Shown: piece after piece, positions 28,470-39,675 of the stretch
How positions within the stretch are numbered: the first letter of the stretch is position 1
Layout: every line of letters starts with the position of its first letter
Source of the DNA: Acidobacteriota bacterium
GTDB taxonomy: Bacteria; Acidobacteriota; UBA890; WLXD01
Length of the DNA: 64,000 nt
Direction: 5' to 3'
Assembly (NCBI GenBank): GCA_963666215.2
Contig: CAXWPL010000005.1
Span: 1,056,001-1,120,000 of the forward strand
Made by a program: the position numbers and the translations under genes
The notes under the pieces: model-generated
The model's database searches: none
What the model was told of the DNA's origin: nothing
Seen by the model: the letters and a program-made list of their open reading frames with translations, nothing else

Positions 28470-31039
28470 GAAGTGGCCGAACACCCACGAGCGCGGCGGT
28501 TTTGTTGACGCGTCGCAAAGCGCTGCTTCGGGCGCAACGCCCAACGCTGCTCGCGGCGCATGGCACGGCGATGCTCTCGCTACTGCTCGCGGCCTGTAGT
28601 ACGCCCACGGAGCGGCCAGCGCGGCTCGACACAAGCTCCGTGCTCATCTGGGAGTTGGCGTCGACACTGGCCAGCCCGGTGCCCACGGTGGCGCCCACAA
28701 CAATCGATCCGCGTGCCGAGGAGGTGCACTGGTCGTACGGACCCGGATGGGAGGCCTACGGCGGACGCCAGACCATCGTTGATGGCATCTGGGCCCAAGG
28801 CACGGAGGCAACCCTGCGCTTTCTCAGCGCAGTCGACGGCGGCCGCATCGAGCTGAGCACCGAGATCCAACCGCAACCGTGGCCCGACGGTAGCGCCCAG
28901 CGAGTCGCCTTCGAGATCAACGGCTTCAACGCCGGGAACCTGGAGCTCAGCGCTGGTTGGGAGAGGTATCGACTGCGCTTGTCGGGCGAGCACGTTCGCG
29001 TTGGCCGCAACCGGCTGGTTTTCCGCTTCGCCTACGCACACCCGCCGCCGGACGAGGCCGAGGGCGAGAACATCCGCCTGCTTGCTGCCCGGTTCCGCAC
29101 CATCGAGCTGGCCCTGGAGGGGCGTGGAGCGTGGTCTGAGAGACCGAGCACGATCCGAGCGCCAACGGCTGTCCTGGGAGCACCCGGGCCGCTGGCAACG
29201 GCCGAGCCGGCCGGCGCCGTGGAGATGCCGACCGGCTCGTACCTCGATCGCACAGTAGACGTGCCACCGGGGGCGGAGCTCGTCGGCACGGTCGAGCTCG
29301 ATCGCGCCCGATGGCTGGAGCTGGGGAGAGCCTGGGCAACCATCGAGATTCTCGAGGCGGGCGAGACGGGCGAAGCGGCTGCGCCGAGGGATCCCGACGA
29401 GCCGGCCGGAACGACGCGGGGCCAGCGGGGGCGGTCTTCTCGTCGGCTGCCGCTGACGAACGAGCTGTTCTCGGTGCCGCTGCTCGGCTACGAGTCGCCG
29501 CTACCTCTCCGTCTCGACCTGGGTGCGTGGGCAGATCGCTCGGTGGTGCTGCGACTGCGGGCTCACGGAAGCTTGACCGGGGTTTTGATTTGGCGCGGGG
29601 TCGGGCTGGTGACCGGTGGGGACATCGCCAAAGAGCCCGCCCCTGCACCGAAGGGACCCGCCGCAGCCGAAACGGCCGCGCGCGCGGCGGTCAGATCGTC
29701 GCCCAGTATTTCACCCGGCGGTCTCGGTCAACCGGACATCGTCTTCGTGCTACTCGACGCCGCACGGCCCGACGCCTTCTCGACGTTTGGCGGTGTCGCC
29801 TCGACTCCCAACATCGACGCGCTCGCGGCCGCGGGCACGCGGTTCGACCGCGCCTATTCGCCTTCGTCCTGGACCGGTCAATCGATCGCGTCGCTGCTCA
29901 CCGGCCACTACCCCGAGTCGCTTGGTGTCACGTCGTTCGCCGATCGTCTGCTGCCGCGCTACGGAACGATTCCCGAAATTCTGTCGCACGCGGGCTACCG
30001 AACCGTCCTCTGGTCGGATCAGCCGATCTACCACAGCGCCTGGTATCGGCGCCGATTCGACAGCTCGACTGTTGTCGAAACCAAGGCCCCGAGAACGCTC
30101 ATCGAGCAACTGCCCGCGGCCTCCGAGCTGTTCCTTGGCCAGCGTCCAACAACCGACTCTCCGAGAAGACCCGCCGCCGACACGACGAGCGCTGTGCTCG
30201 ACAGCCAGCCCACCTTCGCTCTTCTGCACATCGTCCCGCCACACTTCCCCTACGAGCCGCCCGCGCCCTTCCGTGGCCTGCTCACGCGCCCCGACGCCGA
30301 CCCGCGCCTGACGTCGGCAACGTACCTCCACGGCTTCCGCCGCGCTCCGTCGCGCCCTGGACCGACGGCTGCTGAGCTGGCGCATATCGTCGCGAGATAT
30401 CGCGAGAACGCCATGTACGCCGACGCGATCGTTGGCGCCATCGTCGAGGAGCTGCGCGACGCCAACCGGTACGACGAAACGCTCATCGTGCTCATGTCCG
30501 ACCACGGCGAGGCGTTCTTCGAGCACGGGATGTTCCTGCACACCTGGACGCTCTACGAGGAGATGATCCGCGTGCCGCTCATCGTCAAGTGGCCAGCCTC
30601 CTATCGCCCCCGAACCCACGCGTCTCAGGCCGGCGCCGTCGACACGCCCGTGAGCTTGGTCGACCTTCTGCCCACGTTGATCGACGTTGTAGACGATCTC
30701 GACGCCACCGATCTGAGACGCGCCCGTGGGCTACCGGGCCTGAGCCTGGTGCCGATCGCGTTCAACGGCGACGCGCCCGATCGCGGCATCTTCGTCTCCA
30801 CGAGTGGCCGTGATCTCCCCAACCTGGCGTTGATGCCGCTGGCGGCCTGGATTCGGAATGGAAGCAAGATCATCGTCGATCCGCGATCCGATTGGGCCGA
30901 GTTGTACGACCTCGCAGGCGATCCCGGCGAACAGGACGACTTGGCGAGTCGAGCGCCCGTCAAAACGCAGCAGCTTCTCGAGGAGCTGCAAGCCGTGCGA
31001 GCGATCGCCGCACGGCAGCGCAACGACGGTCAGCTCTAG
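28466..31039 (+). CDS. Sulfatase-like (alkaline phosphatase superfamily) lipoprotein with beta-sandwich N-terminal domains
   Basis: LLDAARPD, TPNIDALA, SWTGQSIASLLTG, PHFPY, SDHGE, ELYDLAGDPGEQ; lipobox LAAC; GTGA overlap. Confidence 0.8.
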   Translation: MRSGRTPTSAAVLLTRRKALLRAQRPTLLAAHGTAMLSLLLAACSTPTERPARLDTSSVLIWELASTLASPVPTVAPTTIDPRAEEVHWSYGPGWEAYGGRQTIVDGIWAQGTEATLRFLSAVDGGRIELSTEIQPQPWPDGSAQRVAFEINGFNAGNLELSAGWERYRLRLSGEHVRVGRNRLVFRFAYAHPPPDEAEGENIRLLAARFRTIELALEGRGAWSERPSTIRAPTAVLGAPGPLATAEPAGAVEMPTGSYLDRTVDVPPGAELVGTVELDRARWLELGRAWATIEILEAGETGEAAAPRDPDEPAGTTRGQRGRSSRRLPLTNELFSVPLLGYESPLPLRLDLGAWADRSVVLRLRAHGSLTGVLIWRGVGLVTGGDIAKEPAPAPKGPAAAETAARAAVRSSPSISPGGLGQPDIVFVLLDAARPDAFSTFGGVASTPNIDALAAAGTRFDRAYSPSSWTGQSIASLLTGHYPESLGVTSFADRLLPRYGTIPEILSHAGYRTVLWSDQPIYHSAWYRRRFDSSTVVETKAPRTLIEQLPAASELFLGQRPTTDSPRRPAADTTSAVLDSQPTFALLHIVPPHFPYEPPAPFRGLLTRPDADPRLTSATYLHGFRRAPSRPGPTAAELAHIVARYRENAMYADAIVGAIVEELRDANRYDETLIVLMSDHGEAFFEHGMFLHTWTLYEEMIRVPLIVKWPASYRPRTHASQAGAVDTPVSLVDLLPTLIDVVDDLDATDLRRARGLPGLSLVPIAFNGDAPDRGIFVSTSGRDLPNLALMPLAAWIRNGSKIIVDPRSDWAELYDLAGDPGEQDDLASRAPVKTQQLLEELQAVRAIAARQRNDGQL

Positions 31040-31098
31040 GGTCGCATCGCCGGACAACAAGAACGAGAGAGACAGCCGCAGCCGGCGCTCGGCGAACT

Positions 31099-33873
31099 CT
31101 AGCCCGCCATGCGTCGCAGGACGTTGTGGAGAATCCCGCCGTGGCGGTAGTACTCGACCTCGACCGGCGTATCGACGCGGGCGATCGTGGTGAACTCCGT
31201 AACGTCGCCGTCGGCGTTGGTGGCCCGCACCGCGATCTTCTGTTTTGGCTCGAGCTCGTCCGAGAGATCGATATCGAACACTTCCCTGCCGTCGAGCCCA
31301 AGCTTGTCGGCACTCTCGCCGTCCTCGAAGGTCAGCGGAATGACGCCCATGCCCACCAAGTTCGATCGGTGGATGCGCTCGTAGGACGTCGCGATCACGG
31401 CGCGAACGCCGAGCAGCAGCGTCCCCTTCGCCGCCCAGTCGCGCGATGAGCCCATGCCGTAGTCCTTGCCTGCCAGGACTACGAGCGGTGTGCCGACCTT
31501 GGCGTAGCTCAGGCTGGCCTCGTAGATGCTCTTGACCTCGCCGTCGGTAAAATCGGTCGACCAGCCACCCTCGGTATCGGGAGCCAGCTGGTTGCGCACG
31601 CGCACGTTGGCGAAAGTGCCCCGCGTCATCACGTTGTGATTGCCGCGCCGCGAGCCATAGCTGTTGAACATCGGCCGCTCGACCCCGTTCTCCGCCAGGT
31701 AGCGTCCGGCGGGAGTGTCGGACCCAATCGCCCCGGCGGGCGAGATGTGATCGGTGGTGACCGAATCCCCAACCTTGACCAAACAGCGGGCAGCGCGAAT
31801 GGGCCGAATGGGCGCCGGCTCCCGCGACATTTCCTGAAAGAACGTCGGCTCCTGGATATAGGTCGAGCTCGCCGACCACGGATAGATCGCCTCTGAGGTG
31901 GCTTCGATGGCGCGCCATTCGTCGCTGCCCTCGAAGACGTTGGAGTACTTCTCGACGAACTGCTCGCGGGTCACGCAGCGCGCAATTGTCTCGTCGATCT
32001 CGAGCTCCGTGGGCCACAAGTCTCTGAGGTACACGTCGGCACCCTCAGGATCCTTCCCAATCGGCTCGTTGACCAGATCGATGTCCACGGTGCCGGCCAA
32101 TGCGTACGCCACCACGAGCGGTGGCGAGGCCAAGTAGCTCGCCTGAACGTCGGCGTGGATACGCCCTTCGAAGTTGCGGTTGCCCGACAGCACCGCCGCG
32201 ACCACCAGATCGTTGTCACGCACGGTCTGTCCAATCGCCTCCGGCAGCGGGCCGGAGTTGCCGATGCAGGTCGTACAGCCGTAGCCGACGACATGGAAGC
32301 CCAGAGTCTCGAGCTCCTCGAGCAGGCCCGCACGTTGGAGATAGTCGGTAACGACTTGTGAGCCAGGAGCCAGCGAGGTCTTCACCCAGGGCTTGCGGCG
32401 CAGGCCACGACGCGCCGCATTGCGCGCCAACAATCCGGCGCCCACCATGACGCTCGGATTGGATGTGTTGGTGCAGCTGGTGATCGCGGCGATCACCACA
32501 TGCCCGTCACGTATATCGAACGTCTCGCCGTCCTGCTCGCACGACGCGGAACGCGGCCCGAGCTCGTCGAGGTCGGTCATGATCGCGGCCGCGGCCGCAG
32601 CTACCGCATCGCCTCCCATGGCGTCGGCGCCCAGCGCGATCGCACCCGCAACGGCGCCGGTGCTGGGCCTGCCGAACGTATCCACCAGCGCCTCCTGCCA
32701 GGTCGACTGCATGTCGGCGAGATTGATCCGGTCTTGCGGTCGCTTGGGACCGGCAAGCGCCGGCTCGATGGTCGACAGGTCAAGCTCGAGCTGCGCCGAG
32801 TAGGCGACGCCGGGCTCTGCCTCCTGCAGGTTCCACAGCCCCTGCTCGCGGCAATACAGCTCGACCGTCTCGACAAGCGCCTCATCGCGACCGGTCAGCC
32901 GCAGATAGTCCAACGACCGCTCGTCAACGGGGAAATAACCGCAAGTCGCGCCATATTCCGGCGCCATGTTGGCGATTGTCGCGCGATTCGCAACCGGCAT
33001 GTTGGCGAGCCCGGGACCGAAGAACTCGACGAACTTGCCCACCACGCCGAGCTTACGAAGCATCTCGACCACGCGCAGCACGGCGTCGGTGGCGGTAGCC
33101 CCTTCGGGCAACCCACCCGTCAGACGAAACCCGACAACCTCGGGCATCAGCATGTACACCGGCTGTCCCAGCATTACCGCTTCGGCCTCGATGCCACCCA
33201 CACCCCAGCCCAGCACGCCTAAGCCGTTGATCATCGTGGTGTGCGAATCGGTGCCAACGAGAGAGTCCGGATAGAGGGCGCCGGCCTCGTCCCAAACGAC
33301 CTTGGCTAGGTACTCCAGGTTGACCTGGTGCACGATGCCGGTGGCCGGCGGCACAACGCGGAAATTGTCGAACGCCTCCTGCCCCCACTTGAGGAACTCG
33401 TAACGCTCGCGGTTGCGCTCGAACTCCCTCTCGGAATTGATCTGCAGCGCCATGCCGGAGGCGAACGCATCGACTTGCACCGAGTGGTCGATTACCAGGT
33501 CGCAGGCCACCAGCGGGTTGACTTTCTTCGGCTCGCCAGCCATCCGCACCATGGCCGAGCGCATCGCCGCAAGATCGACGACGGCAGGAACGCCGGTGAA
33601 GTCCTGCAACACCACCCGGCCGGGCGTGAAGGCGATCTCGGTGGCAGGCACATCGGTGGCGTCGTAGGCGGCGAGAGCTTCGATCTGGTTGGCCGTAACA
33701 ACACGACCGTCGAAGTTGCGCAGGCAGGACTCGAGCAGGATCTTGATGGTGTAGGGCAGCCGGTCGATGTTGCCGAGCTCGGCAAGCGCGTCGAGCCGGT
33801 GAATCGTGCGTTCGCCGACAGGAGTGTCTATCGTCTGCCGTGCCGCTAGGGCTACATCGGCGGTTTGCGGCAT
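31099..33873 (-). CDS. acnA: Aconitate hydratase A
   Basis: [49 protein letters not shown]. Confidence 0.97.
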   Translation of the reverse strand: MPQTADVALAARQTIDTPVGERTIHRLDALAELGNIDRLPYTIKILLESCLRNFDGRVVTANQIEALAAYDATDVPATEIAFTPGRVVLQDFTGVPAVVDLAAMRSAMVRMAGEPKKVNPLVACDLVIDHSVQVDAFASGMALQINSEREFERNRERYEFLKWGQEAFDNFRVVPPATGIVHQVNLEYLAKVVWDEAGALYPDSLVGTDSHTTMINGLGVLGWGVGGIEAEAVMLGQPVYMLMPEVVGFRLTGGLPEGATATDAVLRVVEMLRKLGVVGKFVEFFGPGLANMPVANRATIANMAPEYGATCGYFPVDERSLDYLRLTGRDEALVETVELYCREQGLWNLQEAEPGVAYSAQLELDLSTIEPALAGPKRPQDRINLADMQSTWQEALVDTFGRPSTGAVAGAIALGADAMGGDAVAAAAAAIMTDLDELGPRSASCEQDGETFDIRDGHVVIAAITSCTNTSNPSVMVGAGLLARNAARRGLRRKPWVKTSLAPGSQVVTDYLQRAGLLEELETLGFHVVGYGCTTCIGNSGPLPEAIGQTVRDNDLVVAAVLSGNRNFEGRIHADVQASYLASPPLVVAYALAGTVDIDLVNEPIGKDPEGADVYLRDLWPTELEIDETIARCVTREQFVEKYSNVFEGSDEWRAIEATSEAIYPWSASSTYIQEPTFFQEMSREPAPIRPIRAARCLVKVGDSVTTDHISPAGAIGSDTPAGRYLAENGVERPMFNSYGSRRGNHNVMTRGTFANVRVRNQLAPDTEGGWSTDFTDGEVKSIYEASLSYAKVGTPLVVLAGKDYGMGSSRDWAAKGTLLLGVRAVIATSYERIHRSNLVGMGVIPLTFEDGESADKLGLDGREVFDIDLSDELEPKQKIAVRATNADGDVTEFTTIARVDTPVEVEYYRHGGILHNVLRRMAG

Positions 33874-34021
33874 GCGTTTACCTCGCTCGGGCCCGTGTTT
33901 CGGGCTGTCTATTGGACGGTGGCCCGGATTCTACCCCGGCAGGAATGACACCTGGTGCGGCGGCATACCGTATGCAACCAGAGAGCTCGACTACGCCTGC
34001 ACGGACATCTCGGAGGTGCGC

Positions 34022-34468
34022 ATGACAGACGCCGCCGCTCCATCTCCCCCGCCAGCTCCCGTCGAAAGCGCCACGGCCACCACTGCAACGCCGCGAAACG
34101 ATCGCCCCGATGGTGTCGTTCTGCTGGCGATCTGGTACCTCGTTCTCGCCGGCGGAGCCTTTTTCGCGGCCTGCGTAACCTCCATACCGATCGGTCTCTT
34201 CTCCTTCGCCAGCCACATGCCCGGTCCGCCGCGCTTTCTGGGCACCGCGCTGTTTGGCTTCGGACTGCTGTTCGCCATGGCCTGCATGATCCTGCTGCTC
34301 GCCGTTGCCTGGGGGCTGTGGCACCTCCAGGAGTGGGCTCGCGTACTGTTGCTCTTCGTGTCCGTGACGCACCTTCCGTTCTTCCCTATCGGCACCGCAA
34401 TTGGCGTCGTCACGCTGTGGTACATGGGCACGCACGACGACGTGCAGCGCGCGTTCAAGACCGCTTGA
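34022..34468 (+). CDS. Small hypothetical membrane protein
   Basis: GGAGG RBS; 3-4 TM segments; FPIGTAIG motif. Confidence 0.7.
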   Translation: MTDAAAPSPPPAPVESATATTATPRNDRPDGVVLLAIWYLVLAGGAFFAACVTSIPIGLFSFASHMPGPPRFLGTALFGFGLLFAMACMILLLAVAWGLWHLQEWARVLLLFVSVTHLPFFPIGTAIGVVTLWYMGTHDDVQRAFKTA

Positions 34469-35115
34469 TGGCCCGTACGACCCGAGAACCCGCGTCTCCG
34501 ATAGTCGCAGGAACGGCCGGATGCTACGGTTGGGCACTTCTCTCGCCCCCTCACGCAATGGTGCCCGGTGATCAGCCTCCAGCGTTTGCGCAGCCAGGCC
34601 ACGGGAGATCCATGTCGGTTGGGGCTCGGCCTCGCCGTCGTTCTTCTGTTTTCACCGGCGCAGGCTATCGCTCAGCAGGACGTGGACCCGTCACCGAGAG
34701 GGACGACAGGCACGTTCCGGTTCAATCGCGCGGCGCTGGAGCGGTCGATCGACCAAGCGCTTCAAGTCACGACCGCGGACCCGGGCGCCGACGCGGACGC
34801 TGTCGCTGATCAGGCCGCGCCCGGCGCGGAGTACTTCGACATGCTGAGGGCACGCCCCACCGACATGGCGGGGATGTTCCGCGAGGTGATGGTTCCAAGG
34901 GAACTCGGCGACCGCATGCTGCAGATGACCTACGACAGGGTCGGTCTCACGACGCTCGTCGTCGGCGTTGCGCTCGCCGGCATGTCCGCCGAAGGCTTCG
35001 ACAAGGACGTCAACCGCGCGTTCGGTGAGGGCACCACGACGTTCGGCGGCTTGAGCAAGCGAATGGAGACCCTTGGCGCCGCAACCACGGCGTATCCGGC
35101 GGCGTTCGGCACCTA

Positions 35116-36523
35116 GGGGATGTCCCACCGTCCGTTGAACTAAGGCGACGGTGAAGTGGTTGGGATTGTTACGCAGTACGGCGCTCCTGCTCAAGGGGAG
35201 CGTCGACGGCGGCGTTCAGTGCGGCATCGAGCTTGGCGATGTCGCGGTAGCCACGGACCCTCCGGAAGTGGCTCTCGGCCTCGATGAGCGCGGTAACCGC
35301 CCATCGAACGATCATGCTCCCGGAGCGCCATCTCTTTACGTTGCGGCTGACGTGTTTGATCGTGCCGTTGAGATTCTCGATCGTGTTCGTTGAACGCAAC
35401 GTTCGAAGCAGCGGCCCCTGCACTCCGAGCCGGGTGACGGTGAGCGTCTCTTGCATTCCTTCTCTGAGCGAGGCCGCTGCACCGGGGTGATCGGTCTCCA
35501 GCTCCTTGACCACGGCGTCGAGCTGCTTGGTCGCTGCCGCTGCCGTCTCCGCCTTCCAGGCCTTGCGGATCTTCGCCGCGAACCAGGGCCGGATATGCCC
35601 TGGCAGATGTTCCAAGACGTTCTTGATCTTGTGGACACGGCAGCGCTGGATCAGGGCCCACTCGCCGAACGTGTCGCGCACTGCTTTACGGAGGCCCTTG
35701 GAGCCATCGATTACCACCAACCGCGCCCGTTCGACGGGCATGCCGCGTTCAATCAACTGCCGCAGCAGCGATCGGCACACACGTGAACTCTCGGTGGTGC
35801 CTTCTACGACGCCCAGAACATGCTTGACGCCGTCCGTATCGATGCCCATGGCGATCACCAACAGGTGCTTGCCCATGTGCGTACCGTCGATCACCAGCAC
35901 CGGCAAGTCCACCTCGTTGAGTGGTTGGGCCAGGTACTGCTGCACCTGCCGGGCGGTACGCGCTACGAACCGCCGCGACACACTCGAGCGACTCGTCCCG
36001 GATGAAGTTCGGCCTTCGGGCAGCTGCTCCAACGAGCGCTCATACTTGCGCGTCGTGACGCCGCACAGGATCTGCTCCACGGCGCGCTCTTCGAGCGGGT
36101 CGGTGGCCTTGAACCTCTCCCAGTGCGGCAGCGGCAGCTCTTGGCCATCGACGCTCCGAGCCCGCGGCTTGCGTACCTTGACCCGCCGGCCGCCCATCAC
36201 CAGCGAGCCCTCGTCGTAGCCGTGTCGGTACGCCCGCCGCTGCTGTGACCGTGCGTGGCGTTCTCCGCATAGCTCAGCTCTGTCTTGCTCGAGCAGCGAC
36301 CCCAACACCCCGAAGCCGGCGTCCATGACCAGAGCTCGTAGATCCGATCGCGCCGCTACCACGGCCTCCAGCAGCTTGCCCTCTCGGCGCTCCGCTTTCC
36401 TACTCGTCTCTGTTCTGCGACTCTTGCCCATGACGGTGATCCTCCATGCCTAGTGGATTGACCCCGACACACTATCGAGGTCGGATCACCGTCACCTTTT
36501 TCAACGGAAAGCGAGACATCATC
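35116..36523 (-). mobile_element. IS256 family insertion sequence (1408 bp)
   Basis: 8 bp TSD GGCACCTA (35108-35115, 36524-36531). Imperfect IRs GGGGATGTCCCACCGTCCGTTGAA / GATGATGTCTCGCTTTCCGTTGAA (18/24). Confidence 0.93.
35169..36431 (-). CDS. IS256 family transposase
   Basis: IDGT, IDGSKGL, QRCRVHK and STNTIENLN DDE-type motifs; intact 420 aa. Confidence 0.93.
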   Translation of the reverse strand: MGKSRRTETSRKAERREGKLLEAVVAARSDLRALVMDAGFGVLGSLLEQDRAELCGERHARSQQRRAYRHGYDEGSLVMGGRRVKVRKPRARSVDGQELPLPHWERFKATDPLEERAVEQILCGVTTRKYERSLEQLPEGRTSSGTSRSSVSRRFVARTARQVQQYLAQPLNEVDLPVLVIDGTHMGKHLLVIAMGIDTDGVKHVLGVVEGTTESSRVCRSLLRQLIERGMPVERARLVVIDGSKGLRKAVRDTFGEWALIQRCRVHKIKNVLEHLPGHIRPWFAAKIRKAWKAETAAAATKQLDAVVKELETDHPGAAASLREGMQETLTVTRLGVQGPLLRTLRSTNTIENLNGTIKHVSRNVKRWRSGSMIVRWAVTALIEAESHFRRVRGYRDIAKLDAALNAAVDAPLEQERRTA

Positions 36524-36998
36524 GGCACCTATGTGTTCAGCGTGATCACACGTGATGACCGACTCCGACTCTTTGTGTCGCAGGCCACACAGGCGATGCT
36601 GTTCACCGACCTCGCGATCACCGGCGTCAAGTACGCCGCGACACGACTTCGACCCGACTCCAGCAACGACCTGTCGTTTCCGTCCGGCCACACGTCGCGC
36701 GCCTTCGCGCTGGCCGAAGCGGTTCGCGCCAACTTCGGCTGGAAGGCCGGCGGCCCGGCCTACGGATTGGCGGTGTTCATGGGCCTCACGCGCATCGACA
36801 TGAATCGCCACTTCCTCTCCGACGTGCTGGTGGGTGGCGCCGTCGGCGTCCTGATGAGCCGTATGGTCACCCAGCCGCTGGCGAATCGTGGGGTGAGCGT
36901 GAGCCCGATCGTCGGCGCCGACGGAGCGCTCGGGCTCGGAGCGAGCGTCGATCTGCGCTAGTTGCTCAGTGCTTGCGAACGTGCGGCGGCCGCCTAGC

Positions 36999-38041
36999 TG
37001 TATTTTCTAAGTAGGTTGTTCACATCGGGGCTCACTTCTGAGATCAATGGGGTTGTTCAAAAGACTCCACGACCTCAGAAGGAGCGCCCGATGCAGCTGC
37101 ATGGTAACGCCCGCACGACGCCGTATATACGCCGAGAGATGGTCCGCCGAGTCCGGGAGCGGGCGGAGCCCGTGACGGAAACGGCGGCGGCGCTCGGCGT
37201 GTCGGCTCGAACGGTTTACAAGTGGCTGGATAGATACGAGCGAGAAGGTGAGGCCGGGCTGCTCGATCGATCAAGCCGGCCGACGTGCTGTCCGCACGCA
37301 ACAAGCGCTGGAGTTGTGAGGCAGATCGACAAGCTACGTCGGCGGCGACTGACGGCCTGGCAGATCAGCCGAAGGTTGGCTGTGCCGCGCTCGACCGTCT
37401 CGGCGTGGCTGAAGCGGCTCGGACTCGCCAAGCTTGATGCGCTCGAGCCCAAGCCCGAGATCGTTCGCTACGAGTACGAGCACCCCGGTGACCTACTGCA
37501 CCTGGATACGAAGAAACTGGCCCGTATCCGGCGACCTGGACACCGCATCCACGGCGACCGCTCCAAGCGGGCCTACGGCGTCGGCTGGGAGAACGCCCAC
37601 GTCGCTATCGACGATCACTCTCGGGTGGCGTACGTCGAAGTGCTGCCCGCCGAAGACCAACACACCTGCACAGCGTTCCTGCAGCGAGCCGTCGAGCACT
37701 TCGCTTCGATGGGAGTAGCGGTGCGCCGAGTGATGACAGACAACGGGCCTGGCTACGTCTCGAAGCGCTTCAATCGCCTATGCCATCAACTCGAGATCCG
37801 GCACATTTACACCCGGCCCTACACCCCCAGAACCAACGGCAAAGCCGAACGCTTCATCCGCACACTCAAGGAGCAGTGGGCCTACGGCACCTGCTACCAG
37901 ACCTCAGCTCGACGTACTCGAGCTCTACGGCCCTGGCTCAACCACTACAATCGTCACCGTCCCCACGCCGGCATCGGCATGACACCGCCGATCGCTCGGC
38001 TCTCAGGGGTGAGTTCGTGAACAACCTACCTAGAACTCACA
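36999..38041 (+). mobile_element. IS481 family insertion sequence (1043 bp)
   Basis: TGT...ACA ends. IRs TGTATTTTCTAAGTAGGTTGTTCAC / TGTGAGTTCTAGGTAGGTTGTTCAC (21/25). 6 bp TSD CCTAGC (36993-36998, 38042-38047). Confidence 0.95.
37091..38020 (+). CDS. IS481 family transposase
   Basis: HGNARTT, HLDTKK, IDDHSR, TDNG, PRTNGKAERF; AAGGAG RBS. Confidence 0.95.
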   Translation: MQLHGNARTTPYIRREMVRRVRERAEPVTETAAALGVSARTVYKWLDRYEREGEAGLLDRSSRPTCCPHATSAGVVRQIDKLRRRRLTAWQISRRLAVPRSTVSAWLKRLGLAKLDALEPKPEIVRYEYEHPGDLLHLDTKKLARIRRPGHRIHGDRSKRAYGVGWENAHVAIDDHSRVAYVEVLPAEDQHTCTAFLQRAVEHFASMGVAVRRVMTDNGPGYVSKRFNRLCHQLEIRHIYTRPYTPRTNGKAERFIRTLKEQWAYGTCYQTSARRTRALRPWLNHYNRHRPHAGIGMTPPIARLSGVSS

Positions 38042-38042
38042 C

Positions 38043-39501
38043 CTAGCGGCGCTCGAAGCGTATGTTGACCACGCGCCCAGCGTCGAGGAAGAACCCGATC
38101 GCCTGCCCGCCATCGCGCAGAAATCTGATCACCAGCGGCCACTCGCGCCCTCGAAAATGGTCGGGCGTCGACGAGGTCAGGGTGATGTCGGCCAGTCGCG
38201 GCCCGTACATCACGAGGCGCCCGTCGTCGATCGCCAGCTCGTAGGTGATGTTGAGCTCCGGGCTGTAGAAGGCGCCGGTATAAGCGCGCAGCTCGGCCAC
38301 GGGCAAGGTCATCTCGGCCTGACCGTTCCCCTCGTCCATCTCGCCACTACTTTCCGAGGACGCGGTGGGAGCCGGCTCGGTCATCTGATCTCCCAGCACC
38401 ACGTCGGCCACACGGCGCGCCAAGCGCGACGGAGCCGTGGTGGCGAGATTGCAGAGCGTGATGATGCTGGTGCGCTGATCGGGAAAGCGCAGCATGTCGG
38501 CGCGGAAGCCCACAAAGGCCCCCCCGTGGCTGATCAGTCGCAGCCCACGGTAGGTCGAGTCGGCAATGCCGGCGGCGTAGTCGAGCACCTCGCCGTCGTT
38601 GAGCACGCCGCGCTGCAGCCAGCGATCGATCAGCGCCGGATCGCCCTCGCCGAGCTTGTTGTCGTAGAAGTTACGATCCCACGCCAGTAGATCATTGACA
38701 GTCGTGAACACGCCACCGTCTCCGATCATCTCGAGACTGGTCATCGAAATCTCGAAGCCGGTCCCCCCCGCCTCCGAGCGGTGCGTATCCCGAGGCCCGG
38801 CGCTCGACGATGTGCGCCAAGTTGTTGTGGAAATGGGTGTTGTCCATACCGAGTGGCCGGAAGATCAGCTCGCGAGCCACGTCTCGCAACGACTGGCCGG
38901 TCACCGCCTCCACGATCTGACCCAGCAGGAAGTAGCCCGTGTTGGAATAAAGGTGCTCCGCGCCAGGCTCGAAATTCAGATGCGCCTGGCGCGACAGCAT
39001 TTCGATGATCTGGGCGTCCGTGTAGAAGTCCTCATCGCGAAAGCCGCCGAGGCGCATCAAGACGAGGTAGTCGCGCAGCGCGCTCGTATGGTGCAACAGG
39101 CGGCGGATGGTGATCGTGTTCGTGAGGCCGTAGTCGGGAACGTACGCGAGAACGTCGCGAACGTCATCGTCGAGCGACAGTCCGCCGGCCTCGTCGAGAA
39201 GCAAGATCACCATGGCGGTGAACTGCTTCGACACCGATCCGATGCGGAACACGCTGTCGGCGTTGAGCGGAATCCCGTGCTCGAGGTTCGCCATCCCGTA
39301 GCCACGCTGATAGACGAAGTCGCCGTTCTCGATCACACCGAGCGCACAGCCGGGCGACTCAGCGCTGTCGTAGGCCGCCAAGACCGCGTCAATCTCGCCG
39401 TCAGGACCGAACCTCAGGAGCCCATCGAGCTCGGCGTTCGGCGAGCCGCCGCACCCCACAAGGCAGAGCAACGGGACGAGGGCGAACATGGAGCGATGCA
39501 T
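38043..39501 (-). pseudogene. Serine hydrolase (beta-lactamase class C-like) lipoprotein, +1 frameshift at G7 (38763-38769)
   Basis: SVSK, YSN and HGG motifs; lipobox LVGC. Removing one G gives 485 aa (GGGTGFEISMTSLE). Confidence 0.85.
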
Positions 39502-39675
39502 CGCTGCTCCGATCGGGACGGCTGTGGCGCGGCGTGAGAGGTGGAAAACGCACGGCTTCGAGACCTGCGCAATCCAGCCAGGAGTTGGCGGATCATGGCC
39601 TCTTGCAGCAAGCGGTTCAACCGGCTCGGCGAAGAGAGGCCTCCCATCGCGCGTCAATCGACGTAACATCCTCGG

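Larger units (their letters stand above)
34568..36961 (+). pseudogene. PAP2 family phosphatase interrupted by IS256
   Basis: Removing 35116-36523 and one TSD copy restores AAFGTYVFSVIT in frame (325 aa); motifs K..RLRP, SFPSGH, RIDMNRHFLSDV. Confidence 0.88.
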
